Part shown: in pieces, positions 14,881 to 27,807 of the stretch
Position numbering within the stretch: the stretch's first letter is position 1
Layout: each line of letters begins with the position of its first letter
Origin: Raillietiella orientalis
Taxonomy: Eukaryota
Reading direction: 5' to 3'
DNA: 64,000 nucleotides
Assembly: GCA_036172245.1 (NCBI GenBank)
Contig: JAYWIR010000013.1
Span: 2,418,001-2,482,000 of the forward strand
Program-made: the position numbers and the translations under genes
Notes under the pieces: model-generated
Told to the model about the DNA's origin: nothing
Databases searched by the model: none
Seen by the model: the letters and a program-made list of their open reading frames with translations, nothing else

Positions 14881-16469
14881 CGGCGTGTCCATCCGCGGAG
14901 GAACAAGGCTAGAGAGATGGTGAAGGCCTCATGCCCTTCAGCATCTCCGAGTCGGCGCTCGGCTCCGAACCCAGCACTACTGGTGGGAAAAGACTACGTG
15001 GACGCCCTGCATCTCAAATGCTTTGGTGACTTGAGCTGTCAGGCAGTTCTGCAGGTGCATCTCGCACCGCACTGATAAAGCAGACCCATAACTCGAGATG
15101 GTCTCGATAGCTGCCGCGTCTACTTGTGAAACATAGTGGATTTCCTAAAGAAGTAGGTCGTAGGGTTTCAATGCGTCTGCAACGTTCCGGAGCCTGCTGA
15201 CGCTCCTGCAGGCTGCACAGAAACGGCTCCAGGAGACTGAAGTGCCCTTGGTGCTGTGGAAGGCTCTGCAGGATCCCTGCCCACTTCGCTCCAGGGCAAA
15301 GAGCGGTAAGAACTCTTAGAGGCAGCGCAGCGCTCCCGGCTCGAGTAAGTGGATCCTGGATTTTCGCCCGAGTCTCCGACGGGTTTTGGGAAGCGCACAA
15401 GCGCAGCATCACTCGCTCCGCGTTTCCTCCAGTGACTTCGCGCGGACGACGACCATTTGACTGACTATCCACATGCCGTGATGGCGGCAATCGCCAGCCG
15501 CTGTGGACGCCCGGGATTCAATTTTGGAGTCCCAGCATGCCAGCCTTGTGTCACAGGTTCTCATCCACGCAGGGAAGTAAAGAATTCAAAGCTGGAGGTT
15601 CCTGGAGCCGCGCGGCAAAGCCGGAACGTGCGACCGCCACGACGTCGTCCCAACCGCGATTTCCTATGGCAGCTGATTTCTGCGAGTCTCCTGCCCGCGT
15701 GAAGCAGACATCCCACACATTCCACCAGCCGAAGCAAGCTGCAAGGGAAGCCTCCGACGCGGCCACGTGGCTACTGAGATCTCCGCGAGTGACGCCACCA
15801 TGGCTCTGCAAGCTCGAATAATCGACAAGAATCCATGCCGAGAGATGAAGGGGTACGTCGCAGGTTCCGAGTTCCTCCCACAAGATGATGCTGGTTGGCC
15901 TTCATTCATTCGGGTGAGGAGGCAATGGTAGCGGTTCAAACCGATCACTCCCCATGAGTGGTCGGGACAATGCGGAGTCGACCCTCCGGGTCATTCCAGG
16001 AAGCTGAATCAAGGAGCGGGTAGTTTCGGGCCGGTTTTGCAAAGGAGCCGTCCCTCCCCCCTCTTGGGTGGACCTCCTCCTTCATGTATCGTGGACTAGG
16101 TGTGGTGCCGCTCCAGGGTGCCTAAAGAAGCGTGCCGCGCCCTTCGGACCCTTCAGAGAAATTCGGAAGCGGCCCTTCGGGTTTCTCTTCAAAGGAGGAG
16201 GAAACAGGGATCGGTTCCCTTGCGGGGCTCCCTCCGGAGAAGTTCCCAGTAGTGGAACCTCTCCGGGTTCCCTCCAGAGGAGAAAAAATGGAGCGGACCC
16301 CTCCGGGGGTCCGTCCGGAGAGAATAAGGAAGAAGATTCCCTTCGGGGTTCCCTTTCGGATACAAGCGGGGTGGCGGTTATCTTCCTGAGGACCCCTCCC
16401 CCGGCGTAAGAGGAACGGAATCCAATCCCTTCCTGAATTCATGGGGCGGTCCCCCTCCGGGGGTACTTC

Positions 16470-17340
16470 CTATGTTGAAGAATTGCACGCACCCTCGGGT
16501 GGCGTGGAACAGTGTTAAGGGGCTGCATGAGCCGGCAGACGCGCGGTGGTTCTTGAGGTGCTCAGCGAACCCGAAAAAAAGAAACCTGAAAAAAAAAAAA
16601 AAAGCTGGAAGGGCGACAGTGAAGGCAGAAAAAGAAGAACCCGAAAGGATTTCCATCATCCATCCGAATTCCCCTTAAACGGCCGGAGTCAGTGTTTCTG
16701 GTGGTGCACGGGGGGAATATCGTGCAAAGCGCTCCTTCAACGCTGGACACGGGGGAAAGGGGAGCGTGGATGCTTAGTGAGAGACAGGTGCAGGAAGAAG
16801 GAGAACATTTCGCACCTGCTGTTGGACTGTTTTGCCCTCCGACCCCTTTGGGATCTCCTCTCGCCGACCCTAGGAATCCCGGCGGGCGACCCCAGGGACA
16901 TTTTGAAGGTGCGTGCCGCACTGCCTGCCTAGCAGTTCTCTGCTGTGTTCCCGGGTTCATGACGGCTCGGAATGGCAGGAGAAGAGGTCGAAATGGCAGG
17001 GACTCCATCCACTGGGCGCGGATCTTCCTTAGGACTGCCTCGAGATGCCTCCACCTGGGGGTTATCCGGGCGGAACTTGACAGCATCCTGAACAGGCTGC
17101 CGGAGACGATTGGTAGCAAACCGTGATACCTCCCTCGATTCCCCCCCCCCGTTTATAAATTCCCCTCCCCTGTTATGTTTGTTAATTTGTTTTTGTTTTG
17201 TATTCTTTTCCAGCACGCTGCCGAAGCGGACCTCGCCGGTCAGCGTACGGTCCTCGGCAGGTTCACTGCACATGGAAGAATCAACCGTTCTACCACAAAA
17301 GTGTATTTTGCTTACTAACGTAATAAATGCCCGGGTGAGA
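16470..17340 (+). mobile_element. Decayed Tx1-like ORF2 C-terminus plus 3' UTR
   Basis: RWTRG...C..C...ENISHLLLDCFALRPLW...LAVLCC...FLRTASRCLHLG..RAELDSILNRL*, then a T-rich UTR and aataaatgcccgggtg (terminus with part of the hairpin lost). Confidence 0.8.
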
Positions 17341-20300
17341 AGCATCCATCCGAATGAGAGAGCGGGTCCATCTTCCACTCCTTACGAAAAGCGCTGACGA
17401 GCGCGAAGCAATCGCTCATTCCAATGCTCCCTATTTCAAATATGATAGGTTACACACGGGATTTTCATGTCACTCAATGCAACGGGACAGCTGTGCCAAT
17501 ATCAGTGGAGGGAGGCTGCCAATTTAAATCTTGTGTAAGGGTCCATTCTCGACAGCTTCTTTAGAAGAATCAGCGGATGAAAAACAAGGAACTTTTTGCT
17601 TTGTTAATCATTAATTCTCATTACCAGCTGGCATGTGACGTCATTTGATATTGGAGATGGTTTCCAATTCCATGTACTTCATTGACTGATGCAGGGTGTC
17701 CACGCCACGCATTGACGGATTCCTTTTTTTGAGAAGGGGGGGGACAGTGAATATGAAACAAAAGAAAAGAAGAGACCAAAGACCAAAAGTCAGGAGTTCC
17801 AAGAAACTGCAAATAAAGTGCGGACCTTTGAAAGCCTTCGGAACTCGCAGTAAGGTTTTATTGCTCGATCGGAGAATGAATGTTTCGGATGAATCCCAGA
17901 AAGAAAGAGCATGAAATTGCAATTGCTTGCGAGAAAACTCGCTGCTGAAGGAAGAAGAAAAGCACCAAATTTACAATCGGAAGCTCCATCATTGCGTAGC
18001 TATAAACCTGGAGGAAAGATTGTGGCAGAAATAAGATTCGTTCACGTGAAAGTGAAAATTAGTAGGCAGGGGCGCCGCTGAGCGATGGCGATTTGTAAAT
18101 TTCAATTGTACATCATTATAATAGATCGTTAATGGTTTATATAAGAAGAGTAATGACTGCTGTTGTACTCCAGTTGTTCAATTGCCTGTGTGCGATATAA
18201 GACGGTCAAGATCCATTGGATCCATTCCACGCAAACTGTGTGCGTCTTCGTTACTTTGGGAGTAAAAAAGAAACACGTTATGGAGAGAGCACAAATTCTA
18301 TCAAATTTCGCTTTGGTTGACAGGAATGATGATGGATGATTTTTCTACATTGGTCCTGAAGACGTGAGAAACACCCAGTAAATAACAGCACGGAGCGATT
18401 CAGAGAAGCCATTTTCGGGAAAGGACCGCAGTCTCCTCTTGGTTGCAAACCCATGATGATGATGATGATGAAACGAGTCCTCAGTAAGAGCCTGCTCGCA
18501 CTTCTTAGATGCTTCTTCATTCAGCAGTTTTTCAGACAGCGATCATTTGTTTTCCGCTACATAAGTGATAAGATTATCCCATGTGGTGTTGCATTCATAA
18601 ATAAAATATTTGATTGTGTAAGTTTCGTCGGTGGAACTTTCGCGGAAAAAGTTCGAAGCAATCGAATGCCTTCAGTGTGAATGTATTCCAGTGGAATGTA
18701 GTCATTCTTGTTATGTGTTTTCCATGGGTTCCTATGCAATAATCCACATAAGGAATCGTTCCCGTTTAATGCTTTTTGAGCAGAAATGCCAGAATGTGAT
18801 AGGTAATCCAATGCATTATTTTACTTTCTCATTTTCCTTCGAAATGTGCCTTTGCAAACGAAATGCACTGATTCTTTGCCTTACCATTCTCAAGTATTGA
18901 AGACATGTCAGTATGCATGTCAGCTGCTGCTCATCCGTTTGGCAGATGTCCTCTTAAATTCTCTCAAATGCTCGTGCAGTGAGTTCCGGGCAGAAAGAAG
19001 GCAAGCTTAGTGTAAGAGTTTAGTTGAACCTTTTGCAAGTTTTGCTCGATTTTACGATCCGAACTTGGCTACCGTTGCGCACTTATCATGGGGAGATACT
19101 TGGGAGGCTGCGTGGAAAGTCCCTGGCCAGGCTCAAGTTTCTTGCAATCTTTGAAAGTATGTGAAGCCACCTACGTGCTTGTTTGTAAGCCTCATTTCCA
19201 TGCTGCCAATTCGTGAGCAGTTGTCCTTGAGCCGGAGTCACAGACTTCCGAATCAGATAACATTCCTGCTGCTTTTCATGGTGTTGCTTGTTTACTGGTA
19301 GTACGGGGTTTGGTTAACGAAAATCTTCAGTGGAATTCTGTCTATAACTTTGGAAGCAAAGGATCCTGAAACGGAACGAACATCTAGAAGTTATGAGTTG
19401 CTTTGACGTGTGAAAGTATTTTTCAAGAAACTTCCCGTTTTGTAATCCAGGCCCCTGTGTTTCGGAGGAATATGAATAAGCATTCACGACATTCGATTCC
19501 ATTGTAAACTCCCATTTCGGCTTGGGTCGACAGTCCTCAGAATGATATGCCCTGAAAAATTCCTCTCTATTTCGACAGATTGAAGGTGAAATTGTATCCT
19601 GCAAAAAGCACATGTCCTGCTATCCACAATACGTCCGTGCTTTGTTTGAATTTGATGGTGTTGAAAGTGGATTAAAAATTGGATTCGTCTCTGCATTAAT
19701 GGTTTCCAGATCACAGATTGCATTCATTCGGCTGCAGGTGAGCAAAGGTACGAGACACATCTCAAAAGTAAGGGCGGATCGCATATGAAGAAAGAACAAA
19801 TAAGAGAACCAACGATGGGTTGGTGGTTCTAAACACACGCATCCCCGTGTCATTTTCCCATTAAGTCGCCATTTTTTCCCAAATGCTTTCGATACCGTGG
19901 AAGAAGCTTTTGAAACCCTCTGCATGAAATACCGCCGCCTGGGAGTTCAGCCACTTCAGCAGCACTGCAGTTTTCAACTGCTCCCTTTCCCCTCGAATCG
20001 TTCAGCCACTTCTGGAGGTGCGGGAAGAAGGACGTGGTAGTCACTGGGCACGACCGTAAGGCGGTTGATCGAAAAGTTCCCCTCTGAATAACCCTATGTT
20101 TTTCATCTGTAAAGATCTGAAATCCGAAGATCTGAAAAGTATTATAGACAATCGAATAGTCAAATATAGATACAAAAATAAGAAAATACATCTCCGGAAA
20201 AGATGAAAATATTTAATTTGATTGGGGTGAATGAATGGTGTTAATGGTAACTCCAATTGGCACTTTATGTAGCCGATTGGTACCTCGATAAAGTGCGTGG

Positions 20301-22539
20301 TAAGCGGAAACAGCATTCCTTCCACAGAGTTCGCCACTGCGACTCGCGAACCGCCAACACAGAACGTTTCAATCTGATGAGCTCCACCTCCCTCTCACTC
20401 TCCCTTCTGCTATCCTCCAAGATCCCGCGGCGATTCTTGGAGGTTACCAGAAGAGGCTTCCGAAGTCACGCCCGCGCAGTCGCGGTCTACAGTGGATCAA
20501 CATCTTTCAGGAAGCTTCGAGGTTCTCTTCGAGCTGGTATGCAGAATCTCTTCGGAGGCAGCAAGACAAGAGAGTCCAAGGTTTCGTTGCTATCCAGCTC
20601 GAAGAACAGCAACGACGGGAGAGAATCACATGAAGCAACGCGCACCACCCCCGAAGAAAGGGTGCGCGCTGACTGACACGAAGGAATCAAAGCGAGCAGC
20701 TCTTTCTGAAAGACGAGTACCGGAACGAAAATGGGGGAGAGAAAAGGAAATCACCCTGTTGTTCGAAGCCACCGCACTGATCTCTTCTGCAAATGTAGCG
20801 GTTGATCCTGCAGCGCCGTGCTCGGTGTTGAGAACTCATCCGTGCGATGCCCACTCGCGGAAGGTGTGCTCTCCGCGGCCACCACCCGAGAAGAGAGAGC
20901 GCCTTCTGCCAGCTCGCCAGCCAACCCATGCCTCGCCCTTGGTTCCGGTCCACTGCGCTCGAGCGAGCGGCGAAGGACGGGCACGGGCCGCGCAGGGGCT
21001 ATTCGGCCGGCTCCCGTTTGCGCTGAGGAGCTCGCCGGCGTTTCCCGAGCCACGCGTCCCTCCCCCGCCTCTATCGATCCCGCCATCCTCCTCCCCGCTT
21101 GGCAAACCGAAAGCCTGCGCTCTTCTCCCGCCTCCCCAGGACTCATGCTCGACGCTTCGCCCTCAAGGCTGTCGGGGCGCGCAAACCTCCCGGAGAAGTG
21201 CTGGCGCATGCGCACTTATGGAACGCAGCCTAAGGATAGGCGCGCAGGGACTGGACGGGACACGCATCCGCCTCCACCTAGCGGGCACGTACGGCTACCG
21301 TGCTCTTCAAAGAGGTCGTCCACGGCGACGCCTCAGCCGCGCCCTCTAGTCAATAAGATTCGTGGTCTCTCCGAGGCGACCTCCTCTCGATCGGCGGGCG
21401 CTCCTTCTAGTGCGGACGGTTTTTATTCTATGAAATCAGCCGTGGACAACGCACGCCACACTGAGGACGGGAGGCGGTAGGTAGGGCCAGAAGGAGCGGA
21501 AGGTCTCCAGCAGAACAGCCTTTAGCCATTTGGTGTATCCGTGCTCGCAAACTGGCCACCAGCATACCACGACCTGAAGCGAGGTGAGCAACGTGCAGAC
21601 ACTCTTCCGGGTTCCCGTTACTACCCTCTTAACCTTCCATTTCGGTGTCCCTGCAGACGCATCAGAGCAAGGGGATCGAGGCAAAGAAAACCTCAAGAGC
21701 ACAGGGGTAAAAAGGGGAAGGAGTGGCCGGGAGCTGCAATAAAGAGCCACGCGTACACCACGACCGTGCACTGAAAGCGAAAGAGAGCTGACCCCAAAAG
21801 TCGGGAAGAGCGCATGCTGCAGGACACAGTCGCCTTGAGGACATCGGAAAGCCCCAGGACACCGCTCTCTCTGCCGAGCGCGAACTCCGAACCCATTCGG
21901 TCGTTCCACGACACGCAATAGCACCGCTACTCCTTAAAACGAGCGTCCGAGTTCGTCCGCCCTACATGGCAACCGTGACAGGAGGAAGTGCCGACCGGAA
22001 GAATAAGAGACAACCGCGAACCGAACGAAAGTGCGTCCTCCTGACCGTCCCTTGGCGCTGCAAGGAGGAGATAGCTGCTGTAATCCGGAATGCGCAAAGA
22101 CCGGAGGCTGGCTACACGACCGACCGTGGGTAACGTGCTCTGCCGGAAAACGCACAGAGCGTGCGGCTGGAAGCAAACGGTTCGGCGACCATTGGACGTC
22201 CGTCTGCGCGTTGCCTGGTCAAATAAAAAATACATCAAGCGCAGCAGACGAAGCTACCCAGCTCCACGCCACAGTGACCAGAAGGGTGGAGCCGGTGAAG
22301 CTGCAGCACCGGCTGCGAGCGGCGTGGTTCTCCCGGTGGTGGCTCTGAGAGAAACGGATGGCAACGTGTCCTTCTCGAGATCACAGCATTCAACCACCAC
22401 CGTGGATGCCACATTGGATCTCCCCGTTGTGTTCTGTAGACCCATTTCGGTCGTGGGAGGGCGCATGCAGGGGCACGGAGCAGCTTGGGCGTGTTGGTGC
22501 GACAAAACGAGTCACCTTCCGGTTGGAGGTTCAAACGTC

Positions 22540-23930
22540 ATTTAACTTTATTGATGGAGGAGCGGCTCCGAAGGTATCCTCGGGAAGCTGTACTCAAGTG
22601 GTCAAAGACCTCGTTGTTCCTCATTCCCCTGCTCGGCTGCTTGTCAGACAGATCTCTGCAGTTCCTCCTTCGGAGCTTCCGCATCAGCGGTGCTGCCAGC
22701 AAATTCCCCGGAGGAACGAGAGCTTTCCATCCTAATGATGACCGTGAGCGCATGGAGCAGCGGCGAAAGGCACACCCACCTTTGACTTCTGCACGTACTC
22801 AAGGCATGGAACATTTTCAGCATGAGCTGGTTGTATTCGTGCAGGTCAGCCAGGGAACGGCTCATCCGCCATCGTCTCCGGCGTACCGAGGAAAGGGAAT
22901 TTTTAAAGTGCCACAGCATCTCCATGAGGTTATCGTTCTCATTGCTGCACTAAATACGTGGGAATGTCATCGACATACATCTGAAAAAACAGCTATGATT
23001 TCCCTCACCTCTTTCTCCGTCTCTTTCAGACGTTTCATAGTTTCGGATGCATTTCTGTTTTCTCTGGCAATTTTCTTCGAATGCTGGACCTCAGCGGCAA
23101 ATTGAATTTCCCACAGAGAGCTATGAATAATGTTTTAAAGAAGTTATGGAGAAGACCTGCTAACCTTTGCAAATCTTCTTTCTCAGCTTGCTTGCTGATT
23201 CTGAGATGCTGTGTCTGTTCGAAGAATAACACTTCTTGAAAAACAGTTGAGAAGCCTTCCGCGTGTATCCTTAGATTCTCAATAATTCGATTGCATACAA
23301 GTCTCAAGTAACCCGCCTTGGAATCCTTAATGTCAAAGATGGATTCACGCATATATTGCAGCTCATTCCACAGCTTAGATTCCACGGATAAAATGGTGGA
23401 GATGTTAGTTTCGGAAGTCGAGACCGACAACTCCTTCTCGCACAAACTGTCTTCCTGCATCCAGCTGAAGGCCATTGAAGTGACCGCCTGCAACCGACTT
23501 ACCAGAACCAGCTCCTTTGGGCAAACTTCCCATACAGAATCGTTTTGGCGTTCGTGAATACCGAGATCTTCTCCAGCAAACCGCAGCAGGCTGCATTCAG
23601 ATTCACCTCCTCCTGGAGCTCTCGCGAGAGATTCCCCGCGCATGCCGAGCGCTTCTCTTCCCAATAACGGAGGCTACTCACGTCCTCTGCGGCGACCGCA
23701 CTCCTGAAAAGCACAGCAGAAACTCGCAACTACCACCTTGTCTCCGCCAGATAGTCACGTTGCTTGCACCAGGCTGTCCTCGAGCATGCGCAGGCAACGC
23801 TGCCTCCAGTCCTCCTCGCTCTGTTCCGCGCGGGCATCCTCTGCCGTCTTTCTGTGGTTTGTCTCCTGCTCCGATGGGCTTCCATCCTCTACTCCCAACC
23901 TCTGGAACATCCCCATTTTCGAGTAAGAGA
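22540..23930 (-). pseudogene. Possible degraded protein-coding gene of unknown function
   Basis: Consecutive minus-strand ORF pieces (23755-23930, 23035-23664, 22644-22925) have protein-like helical composition and a ttttttcag acceptor near 22982. They are interrupted by stops and frameshifts, and no family was recognised. Confidence 0.3.
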
Positions 23931-26156
23931 GAGCGTCGCGACGCTCCGTCGTCTCACATCCAACGGTGGTCCACGTACCGATCTGATTTCCTGCCCTCTC
24001 GCCGCCCTTCTGGATGACACGTGCAGCAACTTCGAGCTCTTCAGCAGTGCTTGAATGTCCTCTTGCCTCTTTCTGTGCTGCACAGACAAGCTGCGAATGG
24101 TTCTCTCTACCGAGCACAGAAGGGGGGAATCGGCATGAGCCTGGATTTCCATGGAATTCTCTGTTGCACCTTGCTGAAAATGGGTCGCAAGTAGCACGGG
24201 CAGGGATCACTGTCACCCACCTCCAATGCCATCACGACCTTGAGGCCTGGGGGCGGGATCCAGGCGATGAACGCGCCCTCTGGGGGGCTTGCTTGTAAGC
24301 AAGGCGACGAGTCTTCGCACTCAAGGACTTGTGCTACCGCCTTGGGGGCAGCAAAACTCGGGGCCAAGAAACGGCTTATGGAGAGGAAGCGACACGCTCT
24401 GGAAGGTTAACAATCGTGACCTCGCCATGGCAACACAACTTGAATCTGGGCGAGAAAGAAACGTAGTTTGAGTGAAATTGCCGGACACTCAGTGAAAACG
24501 GTGCCACCTGGCTGGCGCGTGTTTGCTACGATCACTTGCTTTCCGGATTGTCTTCTCCTCGTGAGGCAGCGAGCCACTGCAGCAGCCGTGCAACTCGCAG
24601 CTGAGGAGATCGCACGACAAATTAGGTGGACCGCCGACGGCAATGCGGCATGCGCGCGCTGCGCGCCGAGTGGACCCTTCACAGACATCCACCGGGCGAA
24701 CATATCGACTCTTGCGGCCGCCCTGCCAGAGGGGAAAGCTGTCTCCTTACGCCAGTGAATGCTCACGCAGGTGTCAGCGGATGCGCTCGCGAGGCACCGC
24801 CTGTTTCCTGGCAGGCAGTAGGGGGACGCATCTCCGGTTTCGTGTCACGAGGACACGCGTGGGAGGTGAGGGCGCGAACTAGGTTTGCTGATGCCCTGAG
24901 TGCTGATCTTTACGCGAAGGGAGCGCAGAGATCGGCAGGAGGCAAGATGGTGGCAACGATGCGCTGTGGAATCCGGAAATAAGGGAGCGCACCGATGATT
25001 GACGCAAGAGTGACGCTAGCGGTCGCACTCTTGCTGTGCAGCTGACTTCACTCGAGTGCGCTTGTGATGGTGGAGGTGAGCGCGTTAGGCACGCGGGGGC
25101 GCTCAGGAGTTCTACAGAAATAAGGCGCATGCATGGAGCCAGTAAGTGAGTTCGCCTCCTTTCTGGGGAAGGAGTGCAGCCGATGTAGGCGAGGTAGAGG
25201 AGAGAGCACCGGATCGGGGTGCGTTCGGACTGCAAGTAAGTCATCCTCGGAGGTCGGAGGGAGCGGCGTCGTATGTCTGGCAGGCATCTTCGTTCTAGAG
25301 TAGGTCCTCCACTCTCGGATCTACGAGAGTACTTCTGGGTGCTTAGTCTGCAACTTTTCCTTCCCGAAAACATGGATGCCTAAAATCGTGGTAATTTTTG
25401 CATCCGTGAAGATGACACGGCCGGAGGTCACTTGAAGTCACGCGGGGTTTTTGCCGACATTCCTTTATCCTGCATGCCCCCGATGGCCGCTGTTCGGTGG
25501 TTATGTCTGCAGCCTATGACCGCAAGATGACGTGTTGTGTTTTTATGAGCCTTCATTTCTCTCTGGGAGAGGTTTTGAAGCCTGGTCCTAGTGATCCCGT
25601 GGCTTTCCGCGTGTACATCGGGCCATTCACGTTCGCATGCATGCATTCGTGAGTTCTGCACAAAGCTGTTCCACAGCGTGTCCCTATTCGGGTCCAGCAA
25701 AGCGCCTATTTCCTGCGATACCAGGAAAATGGAAAAGGCGGTAGCGCCACCGCCTCTACCACGTTCCAGAACATGAGGAGCTTAGGAGCCTGCCGAGATT
25801 CCGGCGCGCAGGTAGGCGTGGATTCCTTCCTTCATGCTAACACTCGGCATAAGGGATGCAATAGGAAAAATTGAAATAACAACTATCTGTGAGGAATTGA
25901 TAACTCGTGTTGGATCTGGTGGTTCATCGATATCGCTCAATTCTTGATACTCTCTTAAGCTGGTCGACGATTGTGTGTTGGTGCAGGTTTCAACTTCCAT
26001 AGGTGGAGAGACGTTGGTTTCACGTCTCCGTTAGCCGGTCAAGAGGCGTTCACATGCGTTCCTGCCTTCAAACAGCCGCGATACCACAGAGAAGTTCCAA
26101 AACCGCCGGCTGTAAGAAGAGCTTCCAAGAAACGCGTGCAGTCCTCAGAGCAGGGT

Positions 26157-26854
26157 TTTCACACGGATATGACGGGGCATTTATTATTAAAAGTTGAGAA
26201 ATAAAATTTTATAACAAAGTCTTCAAGTTCTTTCAGGCAGAACAGGTGGTTCCGCCTGTCTCGGAGCACTTGTCGTTACCGACCGGCAGACCGATGAGGT
26301 CCTTTCCGTTGGCGATGCAAGAGGGAAAACCTCAAAAATAAATAAATAAACAAAAACAAGAGGAGAGGGCAATGTTCTCCTGGGGGAAGTGGAAAAACAA
26401 GGGATCACTGCTCGTAGCGTGTGGTTTTCCGCATCCGGTTATGGATGCGGACAAGTACTGGTCGTAAAGTTCGTAACCGGCACCATAGGGAATCCTTACC
26501 CACTGACATAGCTGCTCAGTGAATGGCTCTTTGGATGTTACGGCCTATTATCGACTCAGTCCATTTGTCCAGGATTCCGAATATGAAGCAGAGAACTGCT
26601 ACACACGAGGCTGCTGGCAGGGCGTCCCTCATCAGGAGGCGACGGAAAGTGTTCTTCAGATCGCCAACCGGAATGTCAAGGATCGACGACAGTCGATTCC
26701 AAATTGTACGGAGGGCGACGCAGTCGATAAGCAGGTAGGAAAAGATTTTCATTTCCCCGCAGGCTGCACAATTGGCATCGACCCTCCCTAGTGTCCAGTG
26801 GGAGAGGCGTGCTCTGCAAAGGGTCCCCAATGCAACACAAGCAGCGCCTTCTCT
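26157..26854 (-). mobile_element. Tx1-like 3' fragment (host, left half)
   Basis: EKALLVLHWG...HWTLGRVDANCAACGEMKIFSYLLIDCVALRTIW, then a UTR and a decayed terminus aataaatgccccgtcatatccgtgtgaaaa. Confidence 0.8.
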
Positions 26855-27807
26855 GTGCGTGGGCTGATAGGACCTCCCTTGCCACGGCTCTGTTCCACCT
26901 CAGAGAGCACCTGGGCAGTAGCCAGCCGGCGAAATGGGAAGTCTGGTGCAGTATCTCTGGAAGAGAGAGAGAGCAAGGTGGTTGGACCACGGGCCAGTTG
27001 ACAGACGCTGCGACCCCAAGTGCCCCACCGAAAGGACTATTGCGCTAGGGCGAGCTGCTGAGCATCCCCATGGATGTACTCGAGTGGCCCCCGGTGCTGA
27101 AGACTACCCGGGCCCTCCACCTAAAGTGGCAGGAGTCGGCGTTCCTGGTGTTGCACTGGGGACTCTCCAGCAACGCCCGCCGTTCTCACTGGACGAGGGG
27201 GGCTGTGGACCCAAATTGCGTCAGATGCGGGGAACGAGAAACCCTCCCGCACCTGCTTCTTGACTGTGTTGCCATCCGGCCCCTATGGTTGCGTTTCGCA
27301 ACGGCCCTAGGAGCACCCACGATCAACCCTAGAGACGTTCTGACGCGCCTCTTTGTGCGTGACGCCCTTCCGCCTGCCGCAGCCCTTGCAGCCCTCTGCT
27401 GTCTACGAGGGATTGGGGCGGCCTGGAGCACCGCCACTGGTGGACTGAACGACAGGGACATCATCTGCTCCGCCCTGCGCTTCCTGAGGACGGCAGCCAG
27501 ATGGTCCCATTTGGGACGTATGCGGACTGAACTTGCCGGCATCCTGGAAAGGATGTAGAGGACGACCCCAGCGGAAAGTGATCCCTTCCCCAACCCCTCC
27601 TTGCTTTTGTAAATAGTGTTTTCTTTTTGTTTTTATTTGTCCTTTTCCCCCCCGCTGCCGAGTCGAACTCGCCAGACTGCATGCTGGCTACTCGGCAAAT
27701 TCAGATTCTTCATTAGAACATTTTTTAGGACGCTGTAGGGGCAATAGCCCTACACTTGCTTGTTTGTTTTTACTAAAAAATAAACGCCCCGGCGCACCCG
27801 GGTATAA
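26855..27807 (+). mobile_element. 5'-truncated Tx1-like insertion (about 950 bp) with a 16-bp target-site duplication
   Basis: ORF2 C-terminus (NARRSHWTRGAVDPNCVRCGERETLPHLLLDC...ELAGILERM*), UTR, and terminus aataaacgccccggcgcacccgggt. Flanks are aagcagcgccttctct (26839-26854) and aagcagcgccgtctct (27808-27823). Confidence 0.88.

Noticed and set aside
18453..18470. (ATG)6 giving a poly-Met ORF start
   Set aside because: A simple microsatellite; the downstream ORF is not protein-like.
25400..26000. Possible very old RT thumb fragment on the minus strand (…RDTLWNSFV…)
   Set aside because: The similarity to the 36257-37957 RT is too weak to support by eye.
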